Shown here piece after piece: positions 1-7,329 of a DNA stretch of 46,134 nucleotides; position 1 is the stretch's first letter, and each line of letters starts with the position of its first letter. This DNA is from a virus. Its lineage: Duplodnaviria > Caudoviricetes. The stretch is taken from the IMG/VR virus record IMGVR_UViG_3300028585_000498, positions 1 to 46,134 of that record; one strand, given 5' to 3'. The notes beneath the pieces are model-generated. The model did no database searches. It was not told the DNA's origin and saw only the letters and a list, made by a program, of their open reading frames with translations. A program made the position numbers and the translations under genes.

Positions 1-672
1 TCAGTCGTCGCGGCTCATGATGCCGAACAGTTGCAGCAGGCTGACGAACAGGTTGTAGATCGATACATACAGGCTGATGGTCGCCATGATGTAGTTGCGC
101 TCGCCGCCGTGGATGATCGCGCTGGTCTGGAACAGAATGCACACCGACGAGAACAGCACGAAACCGGCGCTGATCGCCAGTTGCAGGCCGCTGATCTGGA
201 AGAAGAAGCTCGCCAGCGTAGCGCCCAGCAGGACAAAGAAACCGGCAGTGATGAAACCACCGAGGAAGCTCATGTCCTTGCGGGTGATCAACACGTAGGC
301 CGACAGACCACCGAACACCAGCGCTGTCATGGCGAATGCCGAGCTGACCACTTCAGCGCCGCCCTGCATGCCCAGGTAACGGTTGAGGATCGGGCCGAGC
401 AGGAAACCCATGAAACCGGTCAACGCGAAGGCGGAGACCAGGCCCCACGCGGAATCACGGAGTTTGTTGGTGAGGAAGAACAGCCCGTAGAAGCCGATCA
501 GCACCACGAAAATGTTCGGGTAGCCGACACGCATCTGCTGGGCTACGAAGGCCATCACACCGCTGAATGCGAGGGTCAGGGCCAAGAGACCATAAGTGTT
601 GCGCAGGACGCGGCTAACCTCTAGCTGCTCAGCCTGCACGCTGTTATTAACTGCGTAATCCTGTTCGCGCAT
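1..672 (-). CDS. yccA: Bax inhibitor-1/YccA family membrane protein (host)
   Basis: 223-aa multi-TM ORF with VLRNTY and GGERNYIMATISLYVSIYNLF motifs; divergent from tRNA-Ser. Confidence 0.95.
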   Translation of the reverse strand: MREQDYAVNNSVQAEQLEVSRVLRNTYGLLALTLAFSGVMAFVAQQMRVGYPNIFVVLIGFYGLFFLTNKLRDSAWGLVSAFALTGFMGFLLGPILNRYLGMQGGAEVVSSAFAMTALVFGGLSAYVLITRKDMSFLGGFITAGFFVLLGATLASFFFQISGLQLAISAGFVLFSSVCILFQTSAIIHGGERNYIMATISLYVSIYNLFVSLLQLFGIMSRDD

Positions 673-749
673 GGCGACACTCCTGTTGGTTTGAAACGTT
701 CAGTCGCAAAGATCATAACAGACGCTCTGTAACAAGCCATGCAGAGAGT

Positions 750-777
750 TTGACAGTGTGTTTCATTCAGGTATTAT
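750..777 (+). promoter_or_regulatory. sigma70 stable-RNA promoter of tRNA-Ser
   Basis: TTGACA-16bp-TATTAT followed by GC-rich discriminator GGCGCCCGC. Confidence 0.8.
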
Positions 778-795
778 GGCGCCCGCAACGCAAAC

Positions 796-883
796 GGAGG
801 TGTGGCCGAGTGGTTTAAGGCAACGGTCTTGAAAACCGTCGACTGTAACAGGTCCATGAGTTCGAATCCCATCGCCTCCGCCA
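796..883 (+). tRNA. serT: tRNA-Ser(TGA), integration target
   Basis: Acceptor GGAGGTG/CGCCTCC, anticodon arm ACGGT-CTTGAAA-ACCGT, long variable arm, TTCGAAT loop, CCA end. Confidence 0.97.
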
Positions 884-884
884 T
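824..884 (+). repeat. att core, left copy (3' part of tRNA-Ser)
   Basis: Identical to 45996-46056. Confidence 0.97.
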
Positions 885-891
885 ATCTGTA

Positions 892-930
892 ACGACAAAG
901 CCCTGATTATTCAGGGCTTTGTCGTTTCTG
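892..930 (+). terminator. tRNA terminator hairpin (phage-supplied copy)
   Basis: Perfect 15-bp stem ACGACAAAGCCCTGA-ttat-TCAGGGCTTTGTCGT; identical to 46064-46102. Confidence 0.85.
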
Positions 931-960
931 GGGTTTGGGATTTCCGCCGCACTAGCTGAT

Positions 961-1000
961 GCGTTACAAAACTTTCTGGCCCGCGTTACAAAACTTTCTG
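961..1000 (+). repeat. Putative integrase arm-type sites
   Basis: GCGTTACAAAACTTTCTG twice (961-978, 983-1000, 22-bp period); CGTTACAAAACT recurs at 45882-45893 next to the other att. Confidence 0.7.
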
Positions 1001-1090
1001 CTTTTTCTCGCTTCTCCGGCGTCCTGCCAAACGCAAAAATTCTCCATGTAACACGATGCTACGCTTGGCTTTTTCACGGAGAAACGCCTA

Positions 1091-1299
1091 ATGCCAAATT
1101 CAGACCTGATCCCTTCCCTGCTTTACAAAATCGATGAAAACCAACTCGCCCTCGAAGCCGCCATCATGGAATTGTCAAACTGGGTCGAGCAGCGCGGATC
1201 TGCCGACATCGCCTAGAACGTCCGCGGTGCCTTTGGGTAATCGGCAAGAACGAAGAATTCATCAAGATGACGCACGCGGTACTTATGCCCCCCGAATGA
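1091..1299 (+). pseudogene. Small hypothetical protein, disrupted
   Basis: MPNSDLIPSLLYKIDENQLALEAAIMELSNWVEQRGSADIA, stop at 1214, then NVRGA and frameshifted LWVIGKNEEFIKMTHAVLMPPE; resembles a small Pseudomonas prophage-end protein (from memory). Confidence 0.6.
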
Positions 1300-1317
1300 C
1301 AGAAGTCTGTCAAGACC

Positions 1318-1360
1318 GCCGCACTCGTCCCTAGCATCCCATGCTGGGGACGAGTGCGGC
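1318..1360. terminator. Long hairpin, probable bidirectional terminator
   Basis: 20-bp stem with one G-T pair, 3-nt loop. Confidence 0.55.
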
Positions 1361-1617
1361 CTAACTAACTGTTTTGTAAAGATAATAGCCCGCAACAGAC
1401 ATGGTAAAAAATACGCATTTTGTGCTTACGCAAACGGAACACGCGGCTTGTAGACAGAGTTTTGCGCAATCCACAGCACCTTGAAAACACTCAACTGACG
1501 ACGAAAAAGTCGCATTTTGTTCCTTGCAACTGAAAGTCCAATTACCATCTGATCGCTGCTTAAAACTTATGGTTGCTTCCGGGTTTTGACAAGATTCTTT
1601 GTAGGGCAATACAGGCA

Positions 1618-2271
1618 ATGAAAAGTAAAATCGTTCAAGTACCCACATGGATCTTCTGGCTCGCGACATTTGCACTTGTATCTCTAGTGGTCGGATTTGT
1701 TGCGAAAGCTACTGGCGGATGGCCAAGGTTGGAAGGCTTTCTTCAGAACTATGCGCCTGCTTGGATCCAGGCGATCGGAAGCATTGCTGCAATTCTCGCG
1801 GCCTCCGCTATCGCCACTAAGCAAGCCAGTCAGGCTCGGGATATAGAAAATGAACAGCGTATTCGCAACGAAATACAAAAGCTCGAAGTCATCAAGGCAT
1901 TGATGATTAGATCCATGACCATGTCGCGGGAAGTGATACAGGCATTCGAGAGCAGGAATTCGGAGGATTTTGCAATGGTTACTCCGTCAATGATGCGTGA
2001 TGCCCATCAAACACTACTGCTGCTACCCATTTTTGAGATCCCGAATGCCCTACTATCGCTTGATGTATTGACGGTCGGCAGAGCCTTGGAGTGTCTGAGC
2101 GAGACGTGGGATGCCTACGCCGCCCAGGTGGAGGAAATGGAGACACTTGATACTCCAATGGTAGGCCCTCTCCAAACGTTAGCAGGTGAGCTTTCACAAA
2201 TCAGCGAGGCTGCTTTTAATGACTGTTTAAAGGAATTACGTGAAAGAAAAGTGCTGGTAAGTGATTTATAG
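1618..2271 (+). CDS. Accessory membrane protein (WxQAIGSI motif)
   Basis: Lower-GC ORF with two N-terminal hydrophobic helices followed by a helical domain; start taken at MKSKIV. Confidence 0.75.
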   Translation: MKSKIVQVPTWIFWLATFALVSLVVGFVAKATGGWPRLEGFLQNYAPAWIQAIGSIAAILAASAIATKQASQARDIENEQRIRNEIQKLEVIKALMIRSMTMSREVIQAFESRNSEDFAMVTPSMMRDAHQTLLLLPIFEIPNALLSLDVLTVGRALECLSETWDAYAAQVEEMETLDTPMVGPLQTLAGELSQISEAAFNDCLKELRERKVLVSDL

Positions 2272-2501
2272 GCACCACCATGTCAAGGTGACCACGAAAG
2301 ACACGTAACCTATTGATGGATAAAGGAAACCCACCGAAAATGGCAGGGTGAAAAACTGACCTTACCCGCTATAAGAATCAACAACTTAGCGCTGTATTTT
2401 CCTACAGTGCTCTGCCCTTCTCCGGCGTTCTGCTGACCTTAACCAATCCAAAATCTTACAGCTCGTCGCCTCACCCTCGCCCGTTCGTATCGCCTCGATT
2501 A

Positions 2502-2517
2502 CTGTATATGCAAACAG
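2502..2517. promoter_or_regulatory. LexA (SOS) box
   Basis: CTGT-atatgcaa-ACAG, 19 bp upstream of the ORF at 2537. Confidence 0.85.
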
Positions 2518-2536
2518 TGTTCAGCAAGGCATTCCC

Positions 2537-2902
2537 GTGGACCCCCTCTATATAGAAGACACCGACGATTGGCTCGGCAACCCGACCCCGCTCGAAACCT
2601 GCCGACACCAGCTCAGGATGTACGAGAACGAATTCGAAGCGCTCACCCTCAAGCTTGATCGAGCGTTGGCGAATATCGAAGGCCTGGTCAGAGACAATGA
2701 CGCACTCAGGCAGGAGAGGGATTCTCTCAAGGCCAAGCTTCAGTGCGCCGAGGGGGATTTACTGAGCGAGAGGCGAAGATTCGCCAACGTCGAGCACAGC
2801 AGAAACAATCTGTTCAATGAAAACCAGCGCCTGTTCAGAGAAGCTCGAGATCGGGAGGAATTCGCAGGTCATTGCGAATGCTGCGCCGAAAAAGGTTTGT
2901 GA
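2537..2902 (+). CDS. Hypothetical coiled-coil protein, likely SOS-regulated
   Basis: 121-aa ORF, GTG start after AAGG, downstream of LexA box. Confidence 0.7.
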   Translation: MDPLYIEDTDDWLGNPTPLETCRHQLRMYENEFEALTLKLDRALANIEGLVRDNDALRQERDSLKAKLQCAEGDLLSERRRFANVEHSRNNLFNENQRLFREARDREEFAGHCECCAEKGL

Positions 2903-2956
2903 CGAAGCCAGCCCTTATGGGTCTACGCTGAATCAGATCCAGCCGAGGGCATGGCA

Positions 2957-3655
2957 ATGTGCGGACGACTTTCCCAGTACAGCGGCATTCACGACTTCGT
3001 GGCGGCGCTCAGCATGCCGAACGCGCTCATCAACTCGACCGGCGAGCAACCCTTTGAGCGGTACAACGCCGCGCCGACCACTCAGCTCGCCCTCTTCCAC
3101 CAGGAAGGCGCGTTTCTGCACGCCGACATGGTTCGCTGGGGATGGCGCCCGCATTGGGCAAAAGACCGCGCTGCGCCAATCAACGCCCGCGTGGAGAAAG
3201 TCGCCCATGGTCCGTTCTTCCGCGCGATCTGGCCGCACCGGGCAATCATCGCGATCAACAACTGGTTCGAGTGGGTCGATGAAGGCGGACCGAAGAAGCA
3301 GCCCTACCTGATCCGGCACCGCGACCAGTCCCCGATCCTGTGCGCCGCGATCGGCCAGTATCCGAATGAGGCGCATGAGCCCGGCGAGCACAACGGCTTT
3401 GTGATCATCACCGCCGACAGCGCCGGCGGCATGGTCGACATCCACGATCGGCGCCCAGTTGTTCTCTCGCCAGAGCTCGCGCGGGAATGGTTGGACCCGG
3501 CCACGCCAAAAGAGCGAGCTGAGCAGATGGCACTGTATGAGGGTGAACCATCCGAGGCTTTCGAATGGTTCAAGGTCGATCGCGCCGTCGGTAATGTCCG
3601 CAATCAACAAAGCGGATTGATCAATCCGATTGATGAAAAAAGCCGAATGATTTAA
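2957..3655 (+). CDS. SOS response-associated peptidase (SRAP/YedK/HMCES family)
   Basis: N-terminal MCGR with catalytic Cys2, RYNAAP, INARVE, WFEW and IHDRRP motifs. Confidence 0.92.
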   Translation: MCGRLSQYSGIHDFVAALSMPNALINSTGEQPFERYNAAPTTQLALFHQEGAFLHADMVRWGWRPHWAKDRAAPINARVEKVAHGPFFRAIWPHRAIIAINNWFEWVDEGGPKKQPYLIRHRDQSPILCAAIGQYPNEAHEPGEHNGFVIITADSAGGMVDIHDRRPVVLSPELAREWLDPATPKERAEQMALYEGEPSEAFEWFKVDRAVGNVRNQQSGLINPIDEKSRMI

Positions 3656-3882
3656 TGCTGAGAAAGTGTCTTCAGGTGCTCCACCAGCGCAGATTCGAAA
3701 ATGATATAGAGCCTTTCAGCATCGCCAGCGCGCAGGGCGCCGGCGGTTTCCAGCCCAAGCACGAAGCCTTCTGCCCGTGCTCCCGCCTTCACCGCCGTGA
3801 TCATCGAATCCGTCCGGACGATCTGCGCCAGCAGGCGATCGGCCTCTCGCTGCATTTTGTCGCCCATCACTACGCCTTCCAC
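3652..3882 (-). CDS. Hypothetical protein
   Basis: 76-aa ORF downstream of the lysis genes. Confidence 0.55.
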   Translation of the reverse strand: MEGVVMGDKMQREADRLLAQIVRTDSMITAVKAGARAEGFVLGLETAGALRAGDAERLYIIFESALVEHLKTLSQH

Positions 3883-3901
3883 AACGATTCACCCTTTGTA
3901 T

Positions 3902-3997
3902 TCACTGCGACATCCAATACATCACTGCCAGGACGACCGTAACCCAAACGAGAGTCATCAGAAACGAAAGCCCTGCGAGTCGCTTGTCCACGTACAT
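3902..3997 (-). CDS. Small single-TM peptide
   Basis: MYVDKRLAGLSFLMTLVWVTVVLAVMYWMSQ. Confidence 0.4.
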   Translation of the reverse strand: MYVDKRLAGLSFLMTLVWVTVVLAVMYWMSQ

Positions 3998-4062
3998 AGC
4001 GCCATCAAAAAAAAGGAATGATGGTTCAGCAGTCGCACCTTCACAAGCGTGGCGTAGGGCCA

Positions 4063-4566
4063 TCAACGTTGCAAATTTCGAACATAGTCCTGGCACGCCT
4101 GCAATGCGATCAGTCCGCGATCACCTGTGTCGGTGATGGCGATAATTCGTTGAGCATGCGCCGGGTCAAGTCGGGCTCGTACGGCTGCATGATCCACGCC
4201 GCCGGCGCCGGTGGTTTTTGGCACGTCACAACCACCGGCTGAATCCGCGTCGATGAGGACTGACAGCCGCAAATCAGCAGTGGCAAGGCGATCGCGCAGG
4301 CGATCCTGGTCACGTTGGGCATCGCTCAATTTCCTGTAATGGGTTTGCTCACTGGCCGCCAGCCTCTGCTCAAGCGCCAGCCGCTTGTCCTGCTCGGCCT
4401 TCTGCGCCCCGGCGCCGGCCGTGGCAAGTTGGTTCAGCGTCTCGGCGTTGAGCTTGGCCTGCGCGGCAAGCTGCCTGCCGTAGCGCCATTCCTGCAACTG
4501 CCAAGCGCTGCCGAAGCAGGCGAGCGCCAGCGCCAGCAAGCCGATAAGCCGCCACGGCACGGTCAC
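4063..4566 (-). CDS. Rz: i-spanin (Rz)
   Basis: N-terminal TM plus coiled coil, C-terminal LQACQDYV, follows endolysin. Confidence 0.9.
   Translation of the reverse strand: MTVPWRLIGLLALALACFGSAWQLQEWRYGRQLAAQAKLNAETLNQLATAGAGAQKAEQDKRLALEQRLAASEQTHYRKLSDAQRDQDRLRDRLATADLRLSVLIDADSAGGCDVPKTTGAGGVDHAAVRARLDPAHAQRIIAITDTGDRGLIALQACQDYVRNLQR
4110..4322 (-). CDS. Rz1: o-spanin lipoprotein (Rz1) embedded in Rz
   Basis: Nested alternate frame, lipobox ICG-C, Pro-rich KPPAPAAW. Confidence 0.8.
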   Translation of the reverse strand: MPNVTRIACAIALPLLICGCQSSSTRIQPVVVTCQKPPAPAAWIMQPYEPDLTRRMLNELSPSPTQVIAD

Positions 4567-5096
4567 GCCAGCACCTCCCGCGCCTTCTTCCAGAGCACCA
4601 GGCGATCCGCCAAGCCGTTCAGTCCGCCGTTGATTCGCCGAGTGATGGTGTTGAACTCTTCCCGATCGGCCAAATCATTCAGTCCCTTCTGTTTCCAGAA
4701 CCACGCCGCCGACATCGCGGCATGCTGCGGCAGCTCGAGCAGTTCGGGATGGCTGATCAGGTCGAGCCCCAGCGCCTCGCCGCACTTGGCGTAGTTCGTC
4801 CGGCCGGTGATTTGGATCAGGCCGCGACCGCAATACTTGCGGCCATCGCCGGGCAAGGTATTGCCCAGCTCTTCGCGCCCCTCGTATCCGCGCTGCGCAG
4901 CGGTAGGCCCCCAGATTTCACGGACATAGCGCAGCTGGCCAGACTCATGGCCAATCTGCGCGATGAACGCGGCCGCGCGCTTGGGGCCGACGATCTGGTA
5001 ATGCTGCATGGCGGTGTTCAGGGCGGAAACAAAAACGCCCGCTTGGCGGCGGGCGTTGGGCATGATGCTTTGCAGCTGTTGTTCAGTGATGGACAT
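4563..5096 (-). CDS. Endolysin, glycoside hydrolase family 19
   Basis: AAFIAQIGHES, YCGRGLIQITGR and TRRINGG motifs. Confidence 0.93.
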   Translation of the reverse strand: MSITEQQLQSIMPNARRQAGVFVSALNTAMQHYQIVGPKRAAAFIAQIGHESGQLRYVREIWGPTAAQRGYEGREELGNTLPGDGRKYCGRGLIQITGRTNYAKCGEALGLDLISHPELLELPQHAAMSAAWFWKQKGLNDLADREEFNTITRRINGGLNGLADRLVLWKKAREVLA

Positions 5097-5145
5097 ACAA
5101 ACTCCAGACATAAAAAAACCGCACTCAGGCGGCGATGGGATGCGG

Positions 5146-6195
5146 CTATTGCTTCTCGATGTTCACAACCTTGAGGGGTGGTTTTGGCCCTTTCTTTTTC
5201 TTGCCCTTGGATTTACCGGCTTTGCCGGCATTGCATTCGACCGTAGTGGACCAGCCGGACTGGGTGAACACCTGCTCGACCGAATCCGCCAGGTATTCGC
5301 CATCAAGCCCGACCTTGAAACCCTGAGCAATGATGGGACGCTCGGCGAAGATGTCCGTGCGGCCGGGCATCTCAAGCCGCACATCGGCTGTCGAGCGGTT
5401 GAACGCCGACAGACGTGCCTTGGCCGCCGCTTCAGCAGCGCCCTTGTCTGGGTAGATATGGCGGTCGGTATGCACTGCCGGCAATCCGTCCGGAGCGTCA
5501 TCGTTGTCGATGGTAACCACCGCGAGCTTGCCGTTCTTTTTGTCCTGATGCTTCGTCGCAACCGCTTTGTGCGAATTGCGATCGCCGAGACTGAATTGCC
5601 AACGGCTGAGGTCGCGTCGAGTCAGGGTGATGGCGCCAAATGCTTTGCCGCTGGCCGTCTGGCCACCTTGGCGCGGCATCACCAACAGCTTACCGTCGGC
5701 GACCTTGGCCGTGCAGTCGTACTGCTTGGCCAGCCGGGTGATGAAATTAAAATCGGACTCGTTGAGCTGGTCGACCCGGGCGACCTTGGTCGACACCGGA
5801 CAAACCGGTGTCCAGCCATTGCGCGCGGCAACGTCAGCCACGATCTTCGACAGCGGCACGTTTTCCCAGCTTCCGCTACGGATCGTCTTGCCACTGCCAC
5901 GCATGTCGCTGGCCTTGCCCTTGATCACGATGGTATCCGGTGGGCCTGATACCTCGACCGTGTCGACGGTGTAACTGCCCATGCGCGCTAAGGTGGTTTC
6001 GGCATACCCCAGGTAGATCTCGATTGAGCTGCCACGCCGTGGCAACTGCACTTGCCCATCACGGTCGTCGATACGCAACTCAAACTCGTCGGACTCCATG
6101 CCCGGCTTGTCAGAGGTTCGCAGCTGCAACAGCCGATCATTGATCTTGGCCGTGACATCGGCGCCATCGGCAACGATTCGAAACATCGGAGTCAT
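5146..6195 (-). CDS. Late control/baseplate hub protein (P2 gpD-like)
   Basis: SDEFELRIDD and QLNESDFNFITRLA motifs; end of tail operon. Confidence 0.88.
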   Translation of the reverse strand: MTPMFRIVADGADVTAKINDRLLQLRTSDKPGMESDEFELRIDDRDGQVQLPRRGSSIEIYLGYAETTLARMGSYTVDTVEVSGPPDTIVIKGKASDMRGSGKTIRSGSWENVPLSKIVADVAARNGWTPVCPVSTKVARVDQLNESDFNFITRLAKQYDCTAKVADGKLLVMPRQGGQTASGKAFGAITLTRRDLSRWQFSLGDRNSHKAVATKHQDKKNGKLAVVTIDNDDAPDGLPAVHTDRHIYPDKGAAEAAAKARLSAFNRSTADVRLEMPGRTDIFAERPIIAQGFKVGLDGEYLADSVEQVFTQSGWSTTVECNAGKAGKSKGKKKKGPKPPLKVVNIEKQ

Positions 6196-6293
6196 AGATT
6201 TTCCCCAATAAAAAACCCGCACAAGGCGGGCCAGAAAAACAAGGTGTCGTTACGCGTAACGCGACGCGGCGCCGGCGAAGGCATCGCCCCGGG

Positions 6294-6500
6294 TCAATCC
6301 CACAAGCTGACGCCTTCATTGGTCGGGCTGGGCAGATCCGGCAGGACGATGATCACGCCCAACCGGAACGGCTGAGGCTCATCGGCCAGTCCCTGATTGG
6401 CATCGAGCACGGCCTCAACGCTGCCATTCAGATGGCCGTAAACGCTGTTGCAAATGACATCGAGCATGTCGCCGTCAGACGTCCTGCATGTCGTCGCCAT
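6294..6500 (-). CDS. Tail protein X (P2 gpX-like)
   Basis: GDMLDVIC..YG..VLDANQGLA..LWD. Confidence 0.88.
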   Translation of the reverse strand: MATTCRTSDGDMLDVICNSVYGHLNGSVEAVLDANQGLADEPQPFRLGVIIVLPDLPSPTNEGVSLWD

Positions 6501-7320
6501 AACGCTCAAACTCCAAAGTGAACCCCTGTTTGCGAGCAATCCCGCCGTGCAGCAGTGCGGACTGTTCCTCATTGATGTTTTTCAGGCACCACGTCCCAAT
6601 CACCTCGCCATAGCCCGTGGTCAGGGTCAGCGGTTGCAGCCTGGCCCCGATGGAACGCAGCGTGTCGAGCTGCTTTAAACCGCCTTTGAAGCCCGGATAG
6701 ATCGTGCCCTTGAGCGTCAACTTTTCATCCCCCATACCAATGGCCTGTTTCGCCGGCCGGCGCGTCAGCCGCTCCTGCGAAGCCCAGCGGAATTCGGTCG
6801 AACGGCTAAGCTCGTCGAACGCTGCCGTGTCCAGGTTGAAGTAATACGGCTCAATCTTCGGGTCGCGCGGCTGAATGATCATCAGATGCGGGAACGGCTT
6901 CACCGCCTCCGGCGCCGGCGTGGCCTCCACGGCAAAGGAACTGGTGGGCACGATGTTGGCCAGCGACGGACTGACCTTGCCGGCGACGTTGTTGATCGCC
7001 GTGGCCGCCTTGCCCGCCTGTTCCTTCAACGTGCCCAGCCGCTCCTGCACTTCAGCCGCCGCCCGGGTGGCGCGGCCGTACACCGCCACCACCTGACCGA
7101 CCTTGGCCTGAGCCGCGTCGACGCCGCGCATCACCCGCTGAAGCTTGGCGCCGATGGCCGGGCCGACAAACGGGATATTTTCCAGCTCGGACGCGGCGCC
7201 GGTCAGTTCGCGGATCGCGCCGTTGACCGGGGTCAGCATGCCGTCAGCACTGCGCCGCCCGGTTTCCGCTGCCTCGACCAAATACTTCAGGCTCGATTGC
7301 ATGCTCTCCATATAAGCCAT
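6475..7320 (-). CDS. P2 gpU-like tail protein with N-terminal helical extension
   Basis: C-terminal RWASQERL..LKGTIYP..FTLEFERY. Confidence 0.85.
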   Translation of the reverse strand: MAYMESMQSSLKYLVEAAETGRRSADGMLTPVNGAIRELTGAASELENIPFVGPAIGAKLQRVMRGVDAAQAKVGQVVAVYGRATRAAAEVQERLGTLKEQAGKAATAINNVAGKVSPSLANIVPTSSFAVEATPAPEAVKPFPHLMIIQPRDPKIEPYYFNLDTAAFDELSRSTEFRWASQERLTRRPAKQAIGMGDEKLTLKGTIYPGFKGGLKQLDTLRSIGARLQPLTLTTGYGEVIGTWCLKNINEEQSALLHGGIARKQGFTLEFERYGDDMQDV

Positions 7321-7329
7321 GAGGCCTCC

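Noticed and set aside
856-875. A-C mismatch in the tRNA T-stem suggesting damage by integration
   Set aside because: Both att copies have the same sequence, so integration did not create it; likely native
1361-1675. Cys-rich 104-aa minus-strand ORF
   Set aside because: Overlaps the start of the better-supported + strand gene; no clear RBS or family motif
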